Source: Labilithrix sp.
Lineage (GTDB): Bacteria; Myxococcota_A; Polyangia; Polyangiales; Polyangiaceae
DNA length: 64,000 nucleotides
Direction of reading: 5' to 3'
Assembly (NCBI GenBank): GCA_019637175.1
Contig: JAHBWD010000010.1
Coordinates: 62,715 to 126,714 of the forward strand
This document shows positions 19,108 through 29,470 of the stretch, one piece after another (positions within the stretch are counted from its first letter, which is position 1; every line of letters begins with the position of its first letter). Both the position numbers and the translations under genes were made by a program. A model generated the notes under the pieces. That model worked only from the letters and a program-made list of their open reading frames with translations. It ran no database searches and had not been told where the DNA came from.

Positions 19108-20253
19108 TCAGCGCCCGTCGAGGACGCCGTCCGGATCCGAGATGGGATCGCTCTTGGGCGGCGGAGGCGGCGGATCCTTCGACGTTCCCCAGGTCGAGCG
19201 CACGCCCGCGAGCGGCGCGGGGATCACGGCCGAGTCGAGGCCCGGGACCGAAGGCGCGAGGCTCGGGATGAGCGCCTCGCTCTTGTCTTCCTCGACCTTC
19301 GGGGCGGGCTTCGGCGCCGGCTTGGCGGGCGCGGGCTCGGGCTTCGGCGCCGGTTTCGCCGGGGCCGCGTGCGCGTGCGCCTCGCGGCGGCCGTCGTGGC
19401 CTTGCTGCGCCGGCGGTCGAGTCCGCGCGCGGTTTCGCGCCATCGGCTGCTCGATGCACTTCTCCATGCCCGAGGGACACGCGATGCGAACGTGGAAGTG
19501 GTCGTCGTGCGGGAGCGAGCCGCGCGGCTGCGCGAGCACCTCGGCGGCGCGCGAGCGAATCGCGGGCGACCAGCCGACCTTCTCCGCGTACGCGAGGAGG
19601 CGCTGGCGGATCGGCGTCGCGACGAAGATGTGCGTGACGCGCGCGCGGCCGTCGCTCACGAGCGAGGCCACGAGCGCCCAGTTGCGCGCGTCGTCGAAGC
19701 GCGCGCCGGGCCACGTGGGCGCCGTGCCGTCGCCGACGAACGGCACCATGTGATCGGAGTAGATCGGTTTGCCGAGGTGGTTCTTCACGTAGAAGCCGAT
19801 GTCGGCGTCGCGTCCGCTCTCGTGCGAGGCGTGTCGATCGAGCTCGCCGCCGCCGGCCTTCGAGAGGTGACCGACCGAGAGCACCGCGTCCGGGAACTGC
19901 TTGCGCACGCTCTGCGCGGAGCGATCGATGAGGCCGACGAGCGGCCCGAGCCCCCAGCGAACGTCCCCGCGCGCATACGCGGGATACATCCGGAGGTGCG
20001 GTCCGTCCGCGAGGCGCGCGCCGCCGACGAGGTGACCGTCCGTCGGCGATCCGATGCTCTTGCCGAACGGGAGCGCCTGCGGGGCGGCGTCGCGAGCGCG
20101 CGGCGCGACGACCTTGGTGAGCACCGTCTTGTGCTGGCTCGCGGTCGGCGGCTTCTTCGACGGCGACTTCGGCGAGGGCGCGGCGTCGGCCGCGGCGGCC
20201 GGCAGAACGAAGAGGAGCGCGACGAGGATGCGGTGATGGCGAAGGAGCGGCAC
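19108..20253 (-). CDS. mepA: Penicillin-insensitive murein endopeptidase MepA-like (peptidase M74), secreted, with Pro/Ala/Lys-rich C-terminal tail
   Basis: Signal peptide present. Zinc-ligand motifs HESGRDADIGFY and HDDHFHVRIACP match MepA. The C-terminal PAKPAPKP repeats are low complexity. Confidence 0.8.
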   Translation of the reverse strand: MPLLRHHRILVALLFVLPAAAADAAPSPKSPSKKPPTASQHKTVLTKVVAPRARDAAPQALPFGKSIGSPTDGHLVGGARLADGPHLRMYPAYARGDVRWGLGPLVGLIDRSAQSVRKQFPDAVLSVGHLSKAGGGELDRHASHESGRDADIGFYVKNHLGKPIYSDHMVPFVGDGTAPTWPGARFDDARNWALVASLVSDGRARVTHIFVATPIRQRLLAYAEKVGWSPAIRSRAAEVLAQPRGSLPHDDHFHVRIACPSGMEKCIEQPMARNRARTRPPAQQGHDGRREAHAHAAPAKPAPKPEPAPAKPAPKPAPKVEEDKSEALIPSLAPSVPGLDSAVIPAPLAGVRSTWGTSKDPPPPPPKSDPISDPDGVLDGR

Positions 20254-20405
20254 GTTCGGACGGCATCACGGAGGCCGTCGTCGGGCCAACTTCCGACCCC
20301 CTCCGAGGCGCGTCTCGAAAGCGCTTCGAGAGGTGCCAGGTCCGTCGATCAACCTCTTTACTCAATCGACATCACTACATATTTTCAACAGATCATACCT
20401 CGCCT

Positions 20406-20423
20406 TACATGGGGTTGCATGTA
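20406..20423. promoter_or_regulatory. Perfect inverted repeat TACATG-N6-CATGTA in an AT-rich divergent promoter region
   Basis: TACATGGGGTTGCATGTA lies inside the only AT-rich stretch of the window (about 20340-20426), between mepA (-) and the lipoprotein gene (+). It is a likely operator for a dimeric regulator. Confidence 0.35.
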
Positions 20424-20450
20424 GGTATTCGCGCGGTCATCGTGGCTCCC

Positions 20451-21287
20451 ATGAACGCCGCGCGAACCCTCGGTCTGCTCCTCTGTCTCGCTCCCCTCAC
20501 GGCGCTCGGCTGCGCGGTCGAGCCGGCCGACGACGCCGATCCGGTCGCGAGCGAGAGCGCGCTCACGTCGCTGCCCGTCGGGCGCTACGCCGTCGCCGAC
20601 GAGCCGCGATCGGGCACGTACGTCTCGGAGCTGACGATCGCGGCAGGCAAGCGCGTCGAGCTCGAGTGGGTGCGCGTGAGGACGACCTACGAGCCCTGGT
20701 TCTTCAACCCGTGGGTGCGCGTGCCGGTCACGAAGACGCAGAGGCTCGCGCTGACCGGAACGTACTCCGTCTTCCCCGGGAGCTCCGGCGAGACGCTCGT
20801 GTCGTTCGACGTGACGAATCGCGGCCTCGATCACCTCATCTACGCCATCGAGCGCACGACGTCGGGAGGCCTCGCGTTGAAGGCGGTCGGCGGCTCGCGC
20901 TTCGAGCTTCGCCCGACGACCGCCGCGCCGCGCGCCACCGACGCGCGCGTCCTCGACTGCAAGGGCCGGCAATGGGACGCGATCATCACGCTCGACGAAG
21001 CGCAGCGTCGCCGCGGAACGATGACGGTCACGCGCCGCGCCGGCGCGAGCCGCACCGATCCGCCGAACGGCTCGTTCACCGTCGCCTACGACGGCGACAC
21101 CGGCGTCGCCGACTACATGCGCTACGAAGGCTACGATCGCCAGGGCAACGGCTACGACTTCGCGCTCAAGCGATCCGATCTCGAGAAGACGAGCGGGCCG
21201 ATCACGCAAGTCGGCCTCGGCTACACGCCGGATCTCTCCCCCGGCGCGTGGCACAACACGCTCGCGTGCACCATCAGTCGGCCCTGA
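20451..21287 (+). CDS. Hypothetical secreted lipoprotein
   Basis: The ORF track starts at 20409, but a convincing lipoprotein signal peptide (MNAARTLGLLLCLAPLTALGC) begins at ATG 20451. No recognisable domain. Overlaps convergently with the PLD gene by 14 nt. Confidence 0.65.
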   Translation: MNAARTLGLLLCLAPLTALGCAVEPADDADPVASESALTSLPVGRYAVADEPRSGTYVSELTIAAGKRVELEWVRVRTTYEPWFFNPWVRVPVTKTQRLALTGTYSVFPGSSGETLVSFDVTNRGLDHLIYAIERTTSGGLALKAVGGSRFELRPTTAAPRATDARVLDCKGRQWDAIITLDEAQRRRGTMTVTRRAGASRTDPPNGSFTVAYDGDTGVADYMRYEGYDRQGNGYDFALKRSDLEKTSGPITQVGLGYTPDLSPGAWHNTLACTISRP

Positions 21288-22743
21288 CCGCGTCGTCGGT
21301 GACGTCGCCCGCGCGATCCTCGGGATCGACGTAGTCGCAGACGATCTCGTGCATCGCCTTCGCGATCACGCCGGGCTCTTGGTGATCGACCGGGCGGCGC
21401 CGCAAGCGGCCGCGGCGCGCGTCGACGAGCGCGTCGAGCCGCGCGACCATCCCTTCGGGTCGGACGACCACGCTCGCGTCTGCGCCTTCGCCGAGGTGCT
21501 CGAGCATGAGGCGAACGCGCGCGCGCCGGATCGCTCGCCGGAGCTCGGCGTCTTCGGCGCACCAGCTCAGGTTGATCTCCGAGTCGACGAGCATGCTGCG
21601 GTTGGCGAGGTTCGCCGAGCCCACCGTGAAGAACGCGTCGTCGACGATCATCAGCTTCGAGTGGATGTAGACGTAGACGTCCCTCCCCTCTTCGTCGGTG
21701 AGCGCGACGTTGTAGACGCCGAGCGCGTGCCCGCCGGCGGCGGCGGCCGCCGCCAGCGCCTCGAGCACGTCGGACTGGCCCGGTCCGACGGTGAGCTCCT
21801 CTTTGAGCTTCTGCGGTCTGTGCGGCATCACGATCACGACCTCGAGACGAGGCCGCGAGCGATCGCTCATCCGCTCGAGGAGCGCGTCGCGCACCGTGCA
21901 CGACGTCAGGTACTGCGTCTCGACGTAGATGAGGCGCTCTGCGCGCGCGATCGCGCGCACGTGGAGCTCGCGCACCTCACGCGCCGGCTCGCGCGCGTCG
22001 CCGGCGGGCGTGGTGCGCGAGAGCGCCACCGTCGCGCGCGGCATCGAGAGCGTCACCGGGACGTCGAGGACCTCGCCGCCCGCGTCGCGCACGAGCGACG
22101 CGACGTCGAGCGCCTGACCGGTCGCGTTGCGCCACCGCTCGACGAACAGCTCGAGCAGCGAGCGCGCGGGCGCTCCGGCCACGACCGCCTGCACCTCGTG
22201 GTACGGCTTGTACGCGATGCCGAAGCGACTCTGCCTCCGCGGATCGCGCAGCAGGTGGGCCGACGAGTCCCAGCGCGCGTGACAGATGTCTTGGCTGCCG
22301 AGGAACGCGATCCGCCCGTCGACGATCGCCACCTTCTGATGGTGCGAGCCGCCGAGCGGGACGGTGTCGTCGTAGCGGAACGTGAAGCGCTCGCACGTCG
22401 AGAGATCGAAGACGATCTGCTGGAGCACCTCGCGCTCGAACGTGAACACCACGCTGTGATCCCACGCGAGGACGCGCACCTCGAGCTCCGGCCTCTCGCG
22501 GCAGAGCCGATCGAGGAAGGGCATCAGCTCGAAGTCGCGCGGATCGGCGCCCGCAGGCAGATCGTCGCCCCTCAGCAGGAGCACGTCGCTGTCGAACTGC
22601 CAGCCGAGCAGACAGATGCTCCGCTTCGCGCCGAGCGCCGCCTCGTAGAACGCGCGGTAATAGTCACGCCCGTCGACGAGGAGCGCCGACGACGCTCTCT
22701 CGTACGTGCGCCAGGTCGTCGCATCCGTGAAGATTCGATCCAC
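21274..22743 (-). CDS. Phospholipase D / cardiolipin synthase-family protein (two HKD motifs)
   Basis: The two motifs HHQKVAIVDG...GSQD and HSKLMIVDDAFFTVGSANLANRS give the duplicated HxKx4D...GSxN signature. 489 aa. Confidence 0.85.
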   Translation of the reverse strand: MDRIFTDATTWRTYERASSALLVDGRDYYRAFYEAALGAKRSICLLGWQFDSDVLLLRGDDLPAGADPRDFELMPFLDRLCRERPELEVRVLAWDHSVVFTFEREVLQQIVFDLSTCERFTFRYDDTVPLGGSHHQKVAIVDGRIAFLGSQDICHARWDSSAHLLRDPRRQSRFGIAYKPYHEVQAVVAGAPARSLLELFVERWRNATGQALDVASLVRDAGGEVLDVPVTLSMPRATVALSRTTPAGDAREPAREVRELHVRAIARAERLIYVETQYLTSCTVRDALLERMSDRSRPRLEVVIVMPHRPQKLKEELTVGPGQSDVLEALAAAAAAGGHALGVYNVALTDEEGRDVYVYIHSKLMIVDDAFFTVGSANLANRSMLVDSEINLSWCAEDAELRRAIRRARVRLMLEHLGEGADASVVVRPEGMVARLDALVDARRGRLRRRPVDHQEPGVIAKAMHEIVCDYVDPEDRAGDVTDDAVRAD

Positions 22744-22790
22744 GGCACAGTGTCACAAGCACCTTTCGCGCCGGGCTTCCGGGCACCCGC

Positions 22791-25700
22791 TCAGTGCTTC
22801 GCGTCCCACCGCACGAGGCGCAGGTCGAGCACGAAGATCGCATAGATGACAGGCACGAGCAGGAGCGTGAGGAAGGTCGCGATCGTGAGCCCGCCGATCT
22901 GCGCGTAGCAGAGCGGCTCCCACAAAGGACCTCCGTGTGACGCGAGCGGAAAGAGCGCGAAGACGGTCGCGCCCACGGTGATGAGCACGGGGCGGAGCCG
23001 GAGGATGCCGGCGTCGAGCAGCGCCTCGCGGAGCGGCTCGCCCTCCTCGTGCCTCTCTTCGATGAAGTCGAAGAGCACGATGACGTGGCTCACGATGACG
23101 CCGATGAGGCTGATGATCCCGAGGAACGCCATGAAGCCGAAGGGGCTGCCCGAGAGCACGAGGCACACGAGCGCGCCCGCGACGCCGTAAGGGATCGCCG
23201 CGAAGACGATGATCGGCTTCGACGCGCTCTTCAGCTGCACGACGAGCGCGAGGTAAATCGCGAACACGCTGATCGCGAGGACGACCGCGAGGTTCAAGAA
23301 GCCCTTCTTCTGCTCCTCCTCCTCGCCCGCGACGGTCAGGCGGTAGCCGGGCGGGAGCTCCTTCGCGAGCTCGTTCATTTCGGCCCGCACCGAGCCGACC
23401 ACCTGCGAGGGCAACGAGCCCGCGATGGGGAATCCCGACACAGTCACCGTGCGGTAGTGATCGCGGCGCACGATCTTCTCGGTCGTCATCGCGTACGAAA
23501 CTTGCGAGATCTGGCGGAGCGGGACGCGCTGCCCCGTCTGCGACGAGCGAACGTAGAGGTTTTGCACGTCGGAGAGCTGGCTGCGCTCGGCGCTGCGGAG
23601 GCGCGAGACGATCGGGATCATCCGGTCGCCCTCGCGGAGCTGACCGACGATGTTCCCGCTGAAGCCGACCGCCGACGAGAGCGCGACGTCGAGGTTCGTG
23701 ACGCCGGCCATGTTCGCGCGATCGGGCTCGACCTCCATCTTCACGGAGAAGCTGTCGGCGCCCCACGAGTCGCGCACGCGATCGCAGAGCGGGCTCCGGC
23801 GCAGGATGGCCTTCGCCTTCTCCGCGATCTCGCGCAGCGTGTGGATGTCGTCGCCCTGGATGCGGAAGGCGACCGGGATGCCGACGGGCTTGCCGTTCTC
23901 GAGCTGACGTACGTCGATGCGCGCGCCGGGGATCTCGCTCGAGAGCGCACGCTGAAGCGGCGCGATGAGCGCGGTCGTGTCGTGCTTGTCGGTGACCTCG
24001 ACGACGAGCTGCGCGTAGTTCGGCTGCTGCTGCTCGGGCGTGACCGAGAACCAGAAGCGCGGGCCGCCGCCGCCGATGAACGTCGTGATCGAGCGAAGCA
24101 CCTGGCGGGGCTTGCCGTCCTTGTCGGGGTGCGCCTTGCTCCAGTCGTCGGCCGCCTTGCGGATCACCTCGTCGGCGTGCCGCGCCGTCTCCGTCGTGGC
24201 GCTGACGGGCGCGTCTTCGGGCAGCCAGACGTCGACGTACGAGAGATAAGAGAGATCCTTCGGGAAGAACGCCTGCTTGAGTCGACCGGCGAAGCCGAAC
24301 GCACAGACCAGCAGCACGACGGAGACGCCGAGCACCTTCCAGCGGTGATCGATCGCCCAGCCGACGACGCGGTAGTAGTGGCGGCCGAAGCCGCGCGAAC
24401 GCCGCTCCGCGAGGCTGGGCTCGTGCTTCGCGGGGCGCAGGAAGTAGTAGCCGAGCAGCGGGATGAACGTCATCGACACGAGGCGCGAGGCCACGAGCGA
24501 GCACGTGAGCACGACGGGCAGCGTGAAGATGAAGCGCCCGACGTCGCCCGGCAGCGTGAGGAACGGGAGGTAGGCGACGATGTTCGTGATGGTCGCGAAG
24601 AGGATCGCGCGCGCGAGCTTCGTCGGCCCGAGCCACGCGGCGACGATCGGCGGGTGCCCGAGCGCGAGATCGCGCTTGATGGCGTCGCCGGCGACGACGG
24701 GATCGTCGACGAGGAGGCCGAGCGCGATGATGAGCGACGCGATCGAGATCTGCTGGAGATCGATCCCCAGGAGGTACATCAGGCCGTACGTCATGAAGAG
24801 CGTGATCGGGATCGACATCGCGAGCACGGCGGCGCTCCGCCACTCCCAGAAGCCGATCAGCGCCACGAAGACGACGAGCGCGACCGCCTCGTAGAGGCTC
24901 GACATGAAGAGATCGACGTTCTCCTCGACCTGCCGCGGCTGATCGCTCGTGCGCGCGATCACGAGATCCTCGGGGAGGAGCTGCTTGGCGTCGGCGAGCG
25001 CGGCGTCGACCGCCTTGCCGAACGCGCCGATCTGCATGCCCGAGCGCATGTAGACGGCGAGCGTGACCGCGCGCGTGCGCGACCACTCTCTTTCTTTGGC
25101 TCCGTCTTTGCCGCGCCAGGTGTACTTGTTGAGGTAGCGCGGCGGGCTCTCGTAGCCGCGCTCGATCTCGAAGATGTCGCGCAGGTAGACGGGCGCTCCT
25201 TGCGCCGACGTCGTCATCAGAACGTCGCCGATCTCGCGCTCGTCGCGCAGCTCGCCGGAGGGATCGACGCTGAGCTTCTTGCCCTGCGCCTCGACGATGC
25301 CGCCGGGCGCGGTGATGTTGCGCGCGCCGATCAGGTTGCGCAGCTCCGTGAGGCCGCCGAGGCCGTAGCCGGACAGCCGCTCCTGCGAGTAGTCGAGGTA
25401 CACGACCTCGGGGAGGACGCCCGCGCGCGTGACCTTCGCGACCTCGGGCACGCTCTGGAGGCGCTTCTTGAGGGCGTCGGTGAACTCGTCGAGCTCGCGG
25501 TACGAGTAGCGCGCCTCGGCGACGGCGCGCACCTTCGCCTCGGTCTCGCCGGGGTCGAAGACGATCGCGGCGCGCCAGACGTCGGGGTGGAGCTCGGCGG
25601 TGTTCATCCGGTTCTGGAGGAAGAGCAGCGCGCCGGTGCGGATCTCGGCTTCCGTCTGGGTCGTCTCGCCGTCGAGGCCGAAGTAGCCCTTGCCCTCGAA

Positions 25701-26396
25701 GAAGCGGATGTCGCGCGCGATCTTGCGCTCCTCGGCGAACGCGGCGAGCTGCTCGACGACGCGGCGCAGCGGGCGCGGATCGACGGTCGCGGGGAACGAG
25801 TAGACGAGCGAGCCGCGACGTGCGCCCGCGGACGGCGGAGGCGCGCCCGCGCGGATCGACTCGATGCCCTTCTTGATCGCGTCGGACCGGATCTGGATCT
25901 CGACGTCGCCCGCGCGCGGGCTCGCCACCGTCAGCATGAGCGCCGTGGTGTCGCCGAAGTCTTTGAGGAACTGGATCGGCTGCACGCCCTGCGGGAGGTT
26001 CGTGATGGAGTCGAGCCTCAGCTTGATGTCGTCGAACTCCTTGCCCGGATCCTTCACGCCCTCCTGGAGGGTGACCGTGATGACGGTGACGCCCGTGCGG
26101 GTCGTCGAGTCGATGTGCTCGACCTTCGAGCTCTCGGCGATCTTCTCCTCGATCTTGCGCGTGACGAGCTGCTCGATCTTCTCGGCCGCGGCGCCCGGCC
26201 ACGCGACGATCGCGGCGGCGACGCGCACGGGGATCTCGGGATCCTTGCGCTTCGGCATCGCGACGTACGAGAGGATGCCCCAGAGCACGGTCGCGACGAG
26301 CGCGATCCACGCGACGTGGCGGTTCTCGGCGAAGTAGCGCGCGGTGTTGCGCGTCGTCGCGATGCGATCGGCGTCCTTCTTCGCTTCGGAGGACAT
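22791..26396 (-). CDS. RND-family efflux transporter permease (AcrB/CzcA superfamily)
   Basis: 1201 aa with 12 TM segments and two large periplasmic loops; characteristic N-terminal region. Stop verified at 22791-22793. Confidence 0.95.
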   Translation of the reverse strand: MSSEAKKDADRIATTRNTARYFAENRHVAWIALVATVLWGILSYVAMPKRKDPEIPVRVAAAIVAWPGAAAEKIEQLVTRKIEEKIAESSKVEHIDSTTRTGVTVITVTLQEGVKDPGKEFDDIKLRLDSITNLPQGVQPIQFLKDFGDTTALMLTVASPRAGDVEIQIRSDAIKKGIESIRAGAPPPSAGARRGSLVYSFPATVDPRPLRRVVEQLAAFAEERKIARDIRFFEGKGYFGLDGETTQTEAEIRTGALLFLQNRMNTAELHPDVWRAAIVFDPGETEAKVRAVAEARYSYRELDEFTDALKKRLQSVPEVAKVTRAGVLPEVVYLDYSQERLSGYGLGGLTELRNLIGARNITAPGGIVEAQGKKLSVDPSGELRDEREIGDVLMTTSAQGAPVYLRDIFEIERGYESPPRYLNKYTWRGKDGAKEREWSRTRAVTLAVYMRSGMQIGAFGKAVDAALADAKQLLPEDLVIARTSDQPRQVEENVDLFMSSLYEAVALVVFVALIGFWEWRSAAVLAMSIPITLFMTYGLMYLLGIDLQQISIASLIIALGLLVDDPVVAGDAIKRDLALGHPPIVAAWLGPTKLARAILFATITNIVAYLPFLTLPGDVGRFIFTLPVVLTCSLVASRLVSMTFIPLLGYYFLRPAKHEPSLAERRSRGFGRHYYRVVGWAIDHRWKVLGVSVVLLVCAFGFAGRLKQAFFPKDLSYLSYVDVWLPEDAPVSATTETARHADEVIRKAADDWSKAHPDKDGKPRQVLRSITTFIGGGGPRFWFSVTPEQQQPNYAQLVVEVTDKHDTTALIAPLQRALSSEIPGARIDVRQLENGKPVGIPVAFRIQGDDIHTLREIAEKAKAILRRSPLCDRVRDSWGADSFSVKMEVEPDRANMAGVTNLDVALSSAVGFSGNIVGQLREGDRMIPIVSRLRSAERSQLSDVQNLYVRSSQTGQRVPLRQISQVSYAMTTEKIVRRDHYRTVTVSGFPIAGSLPSQVVGSVRAEMNELAKELPPGYRLTVAGEEEEQKKGFLNLAVVLAISVFAIYLALVVQLKSASKPIIVFAAIPYGVAGALVCLVLSGSPFGFMAFLGIISLIGVIVSHVIVLFDFIEERHEEGEPLREALLDAGILRLRPVLITVGATVFALFPLASHGGPLWEPLCYAQIGGLTIATFLTLLLVPVIYAIFVLDLRLVRWDAKH

Positions 26397-26403
26397 CGCT
26401 CGC

Positions 26404-27522
26404 TCAGTTCGGGATGATGCGGACGGGCTCGCCGTCGGTGAGGAGCGTCGCGCCCATCGAGACGACGCGCTGCTTCGGCTCGAGGCCTTCGCTGACGACG
26501 ACGGCGTTGCCCACGACCTCGCCGAGCTTCACGTCTTTGAGCTTGGCCGTCTCCTTGCCGCCGGCGCCCTCGACGACGAAGACCGAGAAGCCGCGAGGAT
26601 CGCGCGGCGAGCGCACGACCGCGGTGAGCGGCAAGACGAGCGCGTGCGACTCGAGCGCCGCCTCGGGCACGACGAGCTTGGCGATCATGCCGACCTTGAG
26701 CTGGTCGCTCGGGTTCGGGATGGTCGCCTCGACTTCGAAGACGCGGCTCTTGGGATCGGCGGACGGCGCGATGCGGGTGATGGTTCCGTCGAACTCGCCC
26801 GCGACGACGTCGAAGGAGACCTTGAGGATGCCGCCGGTCTTGAGCTTCTCGATGAGCCGGTCGGGCGCGCCGAAGACCACCTTCACGCTCTTCGTGTCGG
26901 CGAGGACGAAGCCGAGCGCGCCCGGCGCGACGAGGCTGCCGATCTCGATCGGGCGCTTGAGGACGACGCCGTCGATCGGCGCGCGGAGCGTGCAGTCGGC
27001 GAGCGCGATCTCGGCTTCGCGGATGCGCGAGCGCGCGCCGTCGACGCGCGCCGAGGCCGTCTCGAGGCGCGCGCTCTGGCTGTCGAGCTCGACCTTCGCG
27101 ATCGCGTTGGTCGCGGCGAGCTTCTGCGCGCGCTCGAAGTCGACCTGCGCCTGCTTCTGCGCCGCGACGGCCTCGGAGAGCGCCGCGTTCGCCGCGCCGA
27201 CGCGCTGCTCGTAGTCGCTCTCGCGCACGACGGCGAGCACCGTGCCCTTCGTGACCCAGTCGCCCTCCTGGACCTTGTGGGCCGTCGCGCCGCTCTTCAC
27301 CTGCGCGAGATCGCGGATGTAGCCGCCGACCTTGAACGCGAGATCGACGCGCGTGCCCGGCTCGACGTTGCCCGAGTAGCGCGCGCCCGCGAGCTGGCTC
27401 CGCTCTTCGACGTGACGCACGCGCACCGGCGTCACGATCTTCTCGCGCGAAGCGTCTTCGCCCTTTTGACCGCACGACACCGTCGCGACGACGATTGACA
27501 GCCCCCACAGCCAATGACGCAT
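26404..27522 (-). CDS. RND efflux membrane-fusion (periplasmic adaptor) protein
   Basis: Real start is ATG at 27522 (MRHWLWGLSIVVATVSCGQ, a lipoprotein-type signal). It has coiled-coil, lipoyl and beta-barrel MFP domains. The upstream half of the 633-aa track ORF is junk. 8-nt gap to the RND gene. Confidence 0.9.
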   Translation of the reverse strand: MRHWLWGLSIVVATVSCGQKGEDASREKIVTPVRVRHVEERSQLAGARYSGNVEPGTRVDLAFKVGGYIRDLAQVKSGATAHKVQEGDWVTKGTVLAVVRESDYEQRVGAANAALSEAVAAQKQAQVDFERAQKLAATNAIAKVELDSQSARLETASARVDGARSRIREAEIALADCTLRAPIDGVVLKRPIEIGSLVAPGALGFVLADTKSVKVVFGAPDRLIEKLKTGGILKVSFDVVAGEFDGTITRIAPSADPKSRVFEVEATIPNPSDQLKVGMIAKLVVPEAALESHALVLPLTAVVRSPRDPRGFSVFVVEGAGGKETAKLKDVKLGEVVGNAVVVSEGLEPKQRVVSMGATLLTDGEPVRIIPN

Positions 27523-27618
27523 CTGGATGTCTCCCGGGCGCACTATACGCGAAGTCGGCCCCCCCGCGTTCGGGCGGCGCTCGACGCGCGCGAGGCCCTC
27601 GATTAGGGTGCGGGCGCG

Positions 27619-28365
27619 ATGGACAAGGTCTTCAAGAGCGCCCGCGAAGCGGTCGCCGACATCCCCTCCGGCGCGACCGTCCTCGCCGGCGGCTTCGGGC
27701 TCTGCGGCATCCCCGAGAACTGCATTCGCGCCCTCTCCGAGCGCGACGTGAACGATCTCACGTTCGTCTCGAACAACTGCGGCGTCGACGACTTCGGCCT
27801 CGGCATCCTGCTGCGCAACAAGCAGATCAAGAAGATGATCTCGAGCTACGTCGGCGAGAACAAGGAGTTCGAGCGCCAGTACCTCTCCGGCGAGCTCGAG
27901 GTCGAGCTCTGCCCGCAGGGCACGCTCGCCGAGCGCCTCCGGGCCGGCGGCGCGGGCATCCCCGCGTTCTTCACGCCGACCGGCGCCGGCACCGCCGTCT
28001 CCGACGGCGGCCTGCCCCTGCGCTACGCCGCCGACGGCAGCGTCGCGAAGGCGAGCCCCAAGAAGGAGGTCCGCGAGTTCGACGGCCGCTCCTACGTCAT
28101 GGAGCGCGCGATCACCGGCGACTTCGCCATCGTCAAAGCGTGGAAGGGCGATCGCTTCGGCAACCTCGTCTATCGCCACACGGCGATGAACTTCAACCCG
28201 ATGGTGGCGACCGCGGGAAAGATCACGATCGCCGAGGTCGAGGAGATCGTCGACGTCGGCGCGCTCCCGCCGGATCACATCCACACGGCGGGCATCTTCG
28301 TCCACCGAATCGTTTTGGGTGAGCGCTTCGAGAAGCGCATCGAGCGCCGGACGGTGTCCCCATGA
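27619..28365 (+). CDS. scoA: 3-oxoacid CoA-transferase subunit A (SCOT/AtoD family)
   Basis: 248 aa with typical ...[11 protein letters not shown]... and ...[15 protein letters not shown]... motifs. Its stop overlaps the start of subunit B. Confidence 0.9.
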   Translation: MDKVFKSAREAVADIPSGATVLAGGFGLCGIPENCIRALSERDVNDLTFVSNNCGVDDFGLGILLRNKQIKKMISSYVGENKEFERQYLSGELEVELCPQGTLAERLRAGGAGIPAFFTPTGAGTAVSDGGLPLRYAADGSVAKASPKKEVREFDGRSYVMERAITGDFAIVKAWKGDRFGNLVYRHTAMNFNPMVATAGKITIAEVEEIVDVGALPPDHIHTAGIFVHRIVLGERFEKRIERRTVSP

Positions 28366-29039
28366 GCAACACGACCACGCAGAAGGGCCTCAGCCGCGAG
28401 CAGATCGCGATCCGCGCCGCGCAGGAGCTGCGCGACGGCTACTACGTCAACCTCGGCATCGGCATGCCGACGCTCGTGGCGAACTACATCCCGAGCGGCG
28501 TCGAGGTGGTGCTCCAGAGCGAGAACGGCCTGCTCGGCATCGGTCCGTACCCGAAGGAGAGCGAGATCGACGCCGATCTCATCAACGCGGGCAAGGAGAC
28601 GGTGACGATGCTCCCGGGCTCGGCGATCTTCTCGAGCGCGGAGAGCTTCGCGATGATCCGCGGCGGCCACATCGACCTCGCGATCCTCGGCGCGATGCAG
28701 GTCTCGGCGAAGGGCGATCTCGCCAACTGGATGATCCCCGGCAAGATGGTCAAGGGCATGGGCGGCGCGATGGATCTCGTCGCCGCGGCCAAGCGCGTCG
28801 TCGTCATCATGGATCACGCCGCCAAGGGCGGCGCGCCGAAGATCCTCGAGGAGTGCGATCTGCCGCTCACGGGCCGGCGCGTCGTGCACCGCATCATCAC
28901 CGATCTCGCGTGCATCGACGTCACGCCCGACGGCCTCGTCCTCCGCGAGGTCGCGCCCGGCGTCAGCGCGCGCGAGGTGCAGGAGCGCACGCAGCCCACG
29001 CTGATGGTGCCCTCCGATCTCGCCGAGATGAAGCTCTGA
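28362..29039 (+). CDS. scoB: 3-oxoacid CoA-transferase subunit B (SCOT/AtoA family)
   Basis: 225 aa with ...[14 protein letters not shown]... and the catalytic-Glu-region ...SENG.... ATGA overlap with scoA. Confidence 0.9.
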   Translation: MSNTTTQKGLSREQIAIRAAQELRDGYYVNLGIGMPTLVANYIPSGVEVVLQSENGLLGIGPYPKESEIDADLINAGKETVTMLPGSAIFSSAESFAMIRGGHIDLAILGAMQVSAKGDLANWMIPGKMVKGMGGAMDLVAAAKRVVVIMDHAAKGGAPKILEECDLPLTGRRVVHRIITDLACIDVTPDGLVLREVAPGVSAREVQERTQPTLMVPSDLAEMKL

Positions 29040-29089
29040 CGAGCGCGCCCGCGGATCTTCTCGCAGCCGGTAATCGCCAGAAGGCTCGT

Positions 29090-29470
29090 TCAGCAGTGAA
29101 CGAGCTGTGGGCCCCGGACGCCGAGCGCCTCGAAGAGGACGCGCAGGTCCTCCGCGTCGCTCGTGAAGAGCTGTCGGGGACCGCGCGCTGCGACGATCGC
29201 GACGTGCGCATCGCAGATGTCTGCCGTTCGGGCCTTGCCGCAGAGCTTGCCGACGTCCATGGCGATGGGGTCGAACGCAGCGATCACACAGTGCTTCAGG
29301 ACCTTCGCGAGTCGTGCCTGTCGTGCGCTCGCCCGCCAGACCTGCGCGACCGCCGTGCTCGGCGCGATGACGTCTTCCGTAGCGAGCGCCGCGTCCTTCA
29401 GCGCGCGCCACAGGACGCGATCGTCACGTTCGATCGCGATGAGGGCGCCGGCATCGAGTACGATGCTCAC
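29090..29470 (-). CDS. vapC: PIN-domain toxin (VapC-like) of a type II toxin-antitoxin pair
   Basis: 126 aa. N-terminal MSIVLDAGALIAIERDD carries the PIN acidic residues. 4-nt overlap with the upstream antitoxin ORF. Confidence 0.75.
   Translation of the reverse strand: MSIVLDAGALIAIERDDRVLWRALKDAALATEDVIAPSTAVAQVWRASARQARLAKVLKHCVIAAFDPIAMDVGKLCGKARTADICDAHVAIVAARGPRQLFTSDAEDLRVLFEALGVRGPQLVHC

Noticed and set aside
23049-26417. 1122-aa plus-strand ORF antisense to the RND transporter
   Set aside because: Asp/Arg/Glu-rich low-complexity translation. The RND gene on the opposite strand is unambiguous.
26404-28305. Upstream 260 codons of the 633-aa minus-strand ORF containing the membrane-fusion protein
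   Set aside because: Antisense to scoA. The genuine MFP begins at ATG 27522 with a lipoprotein signal peptide.
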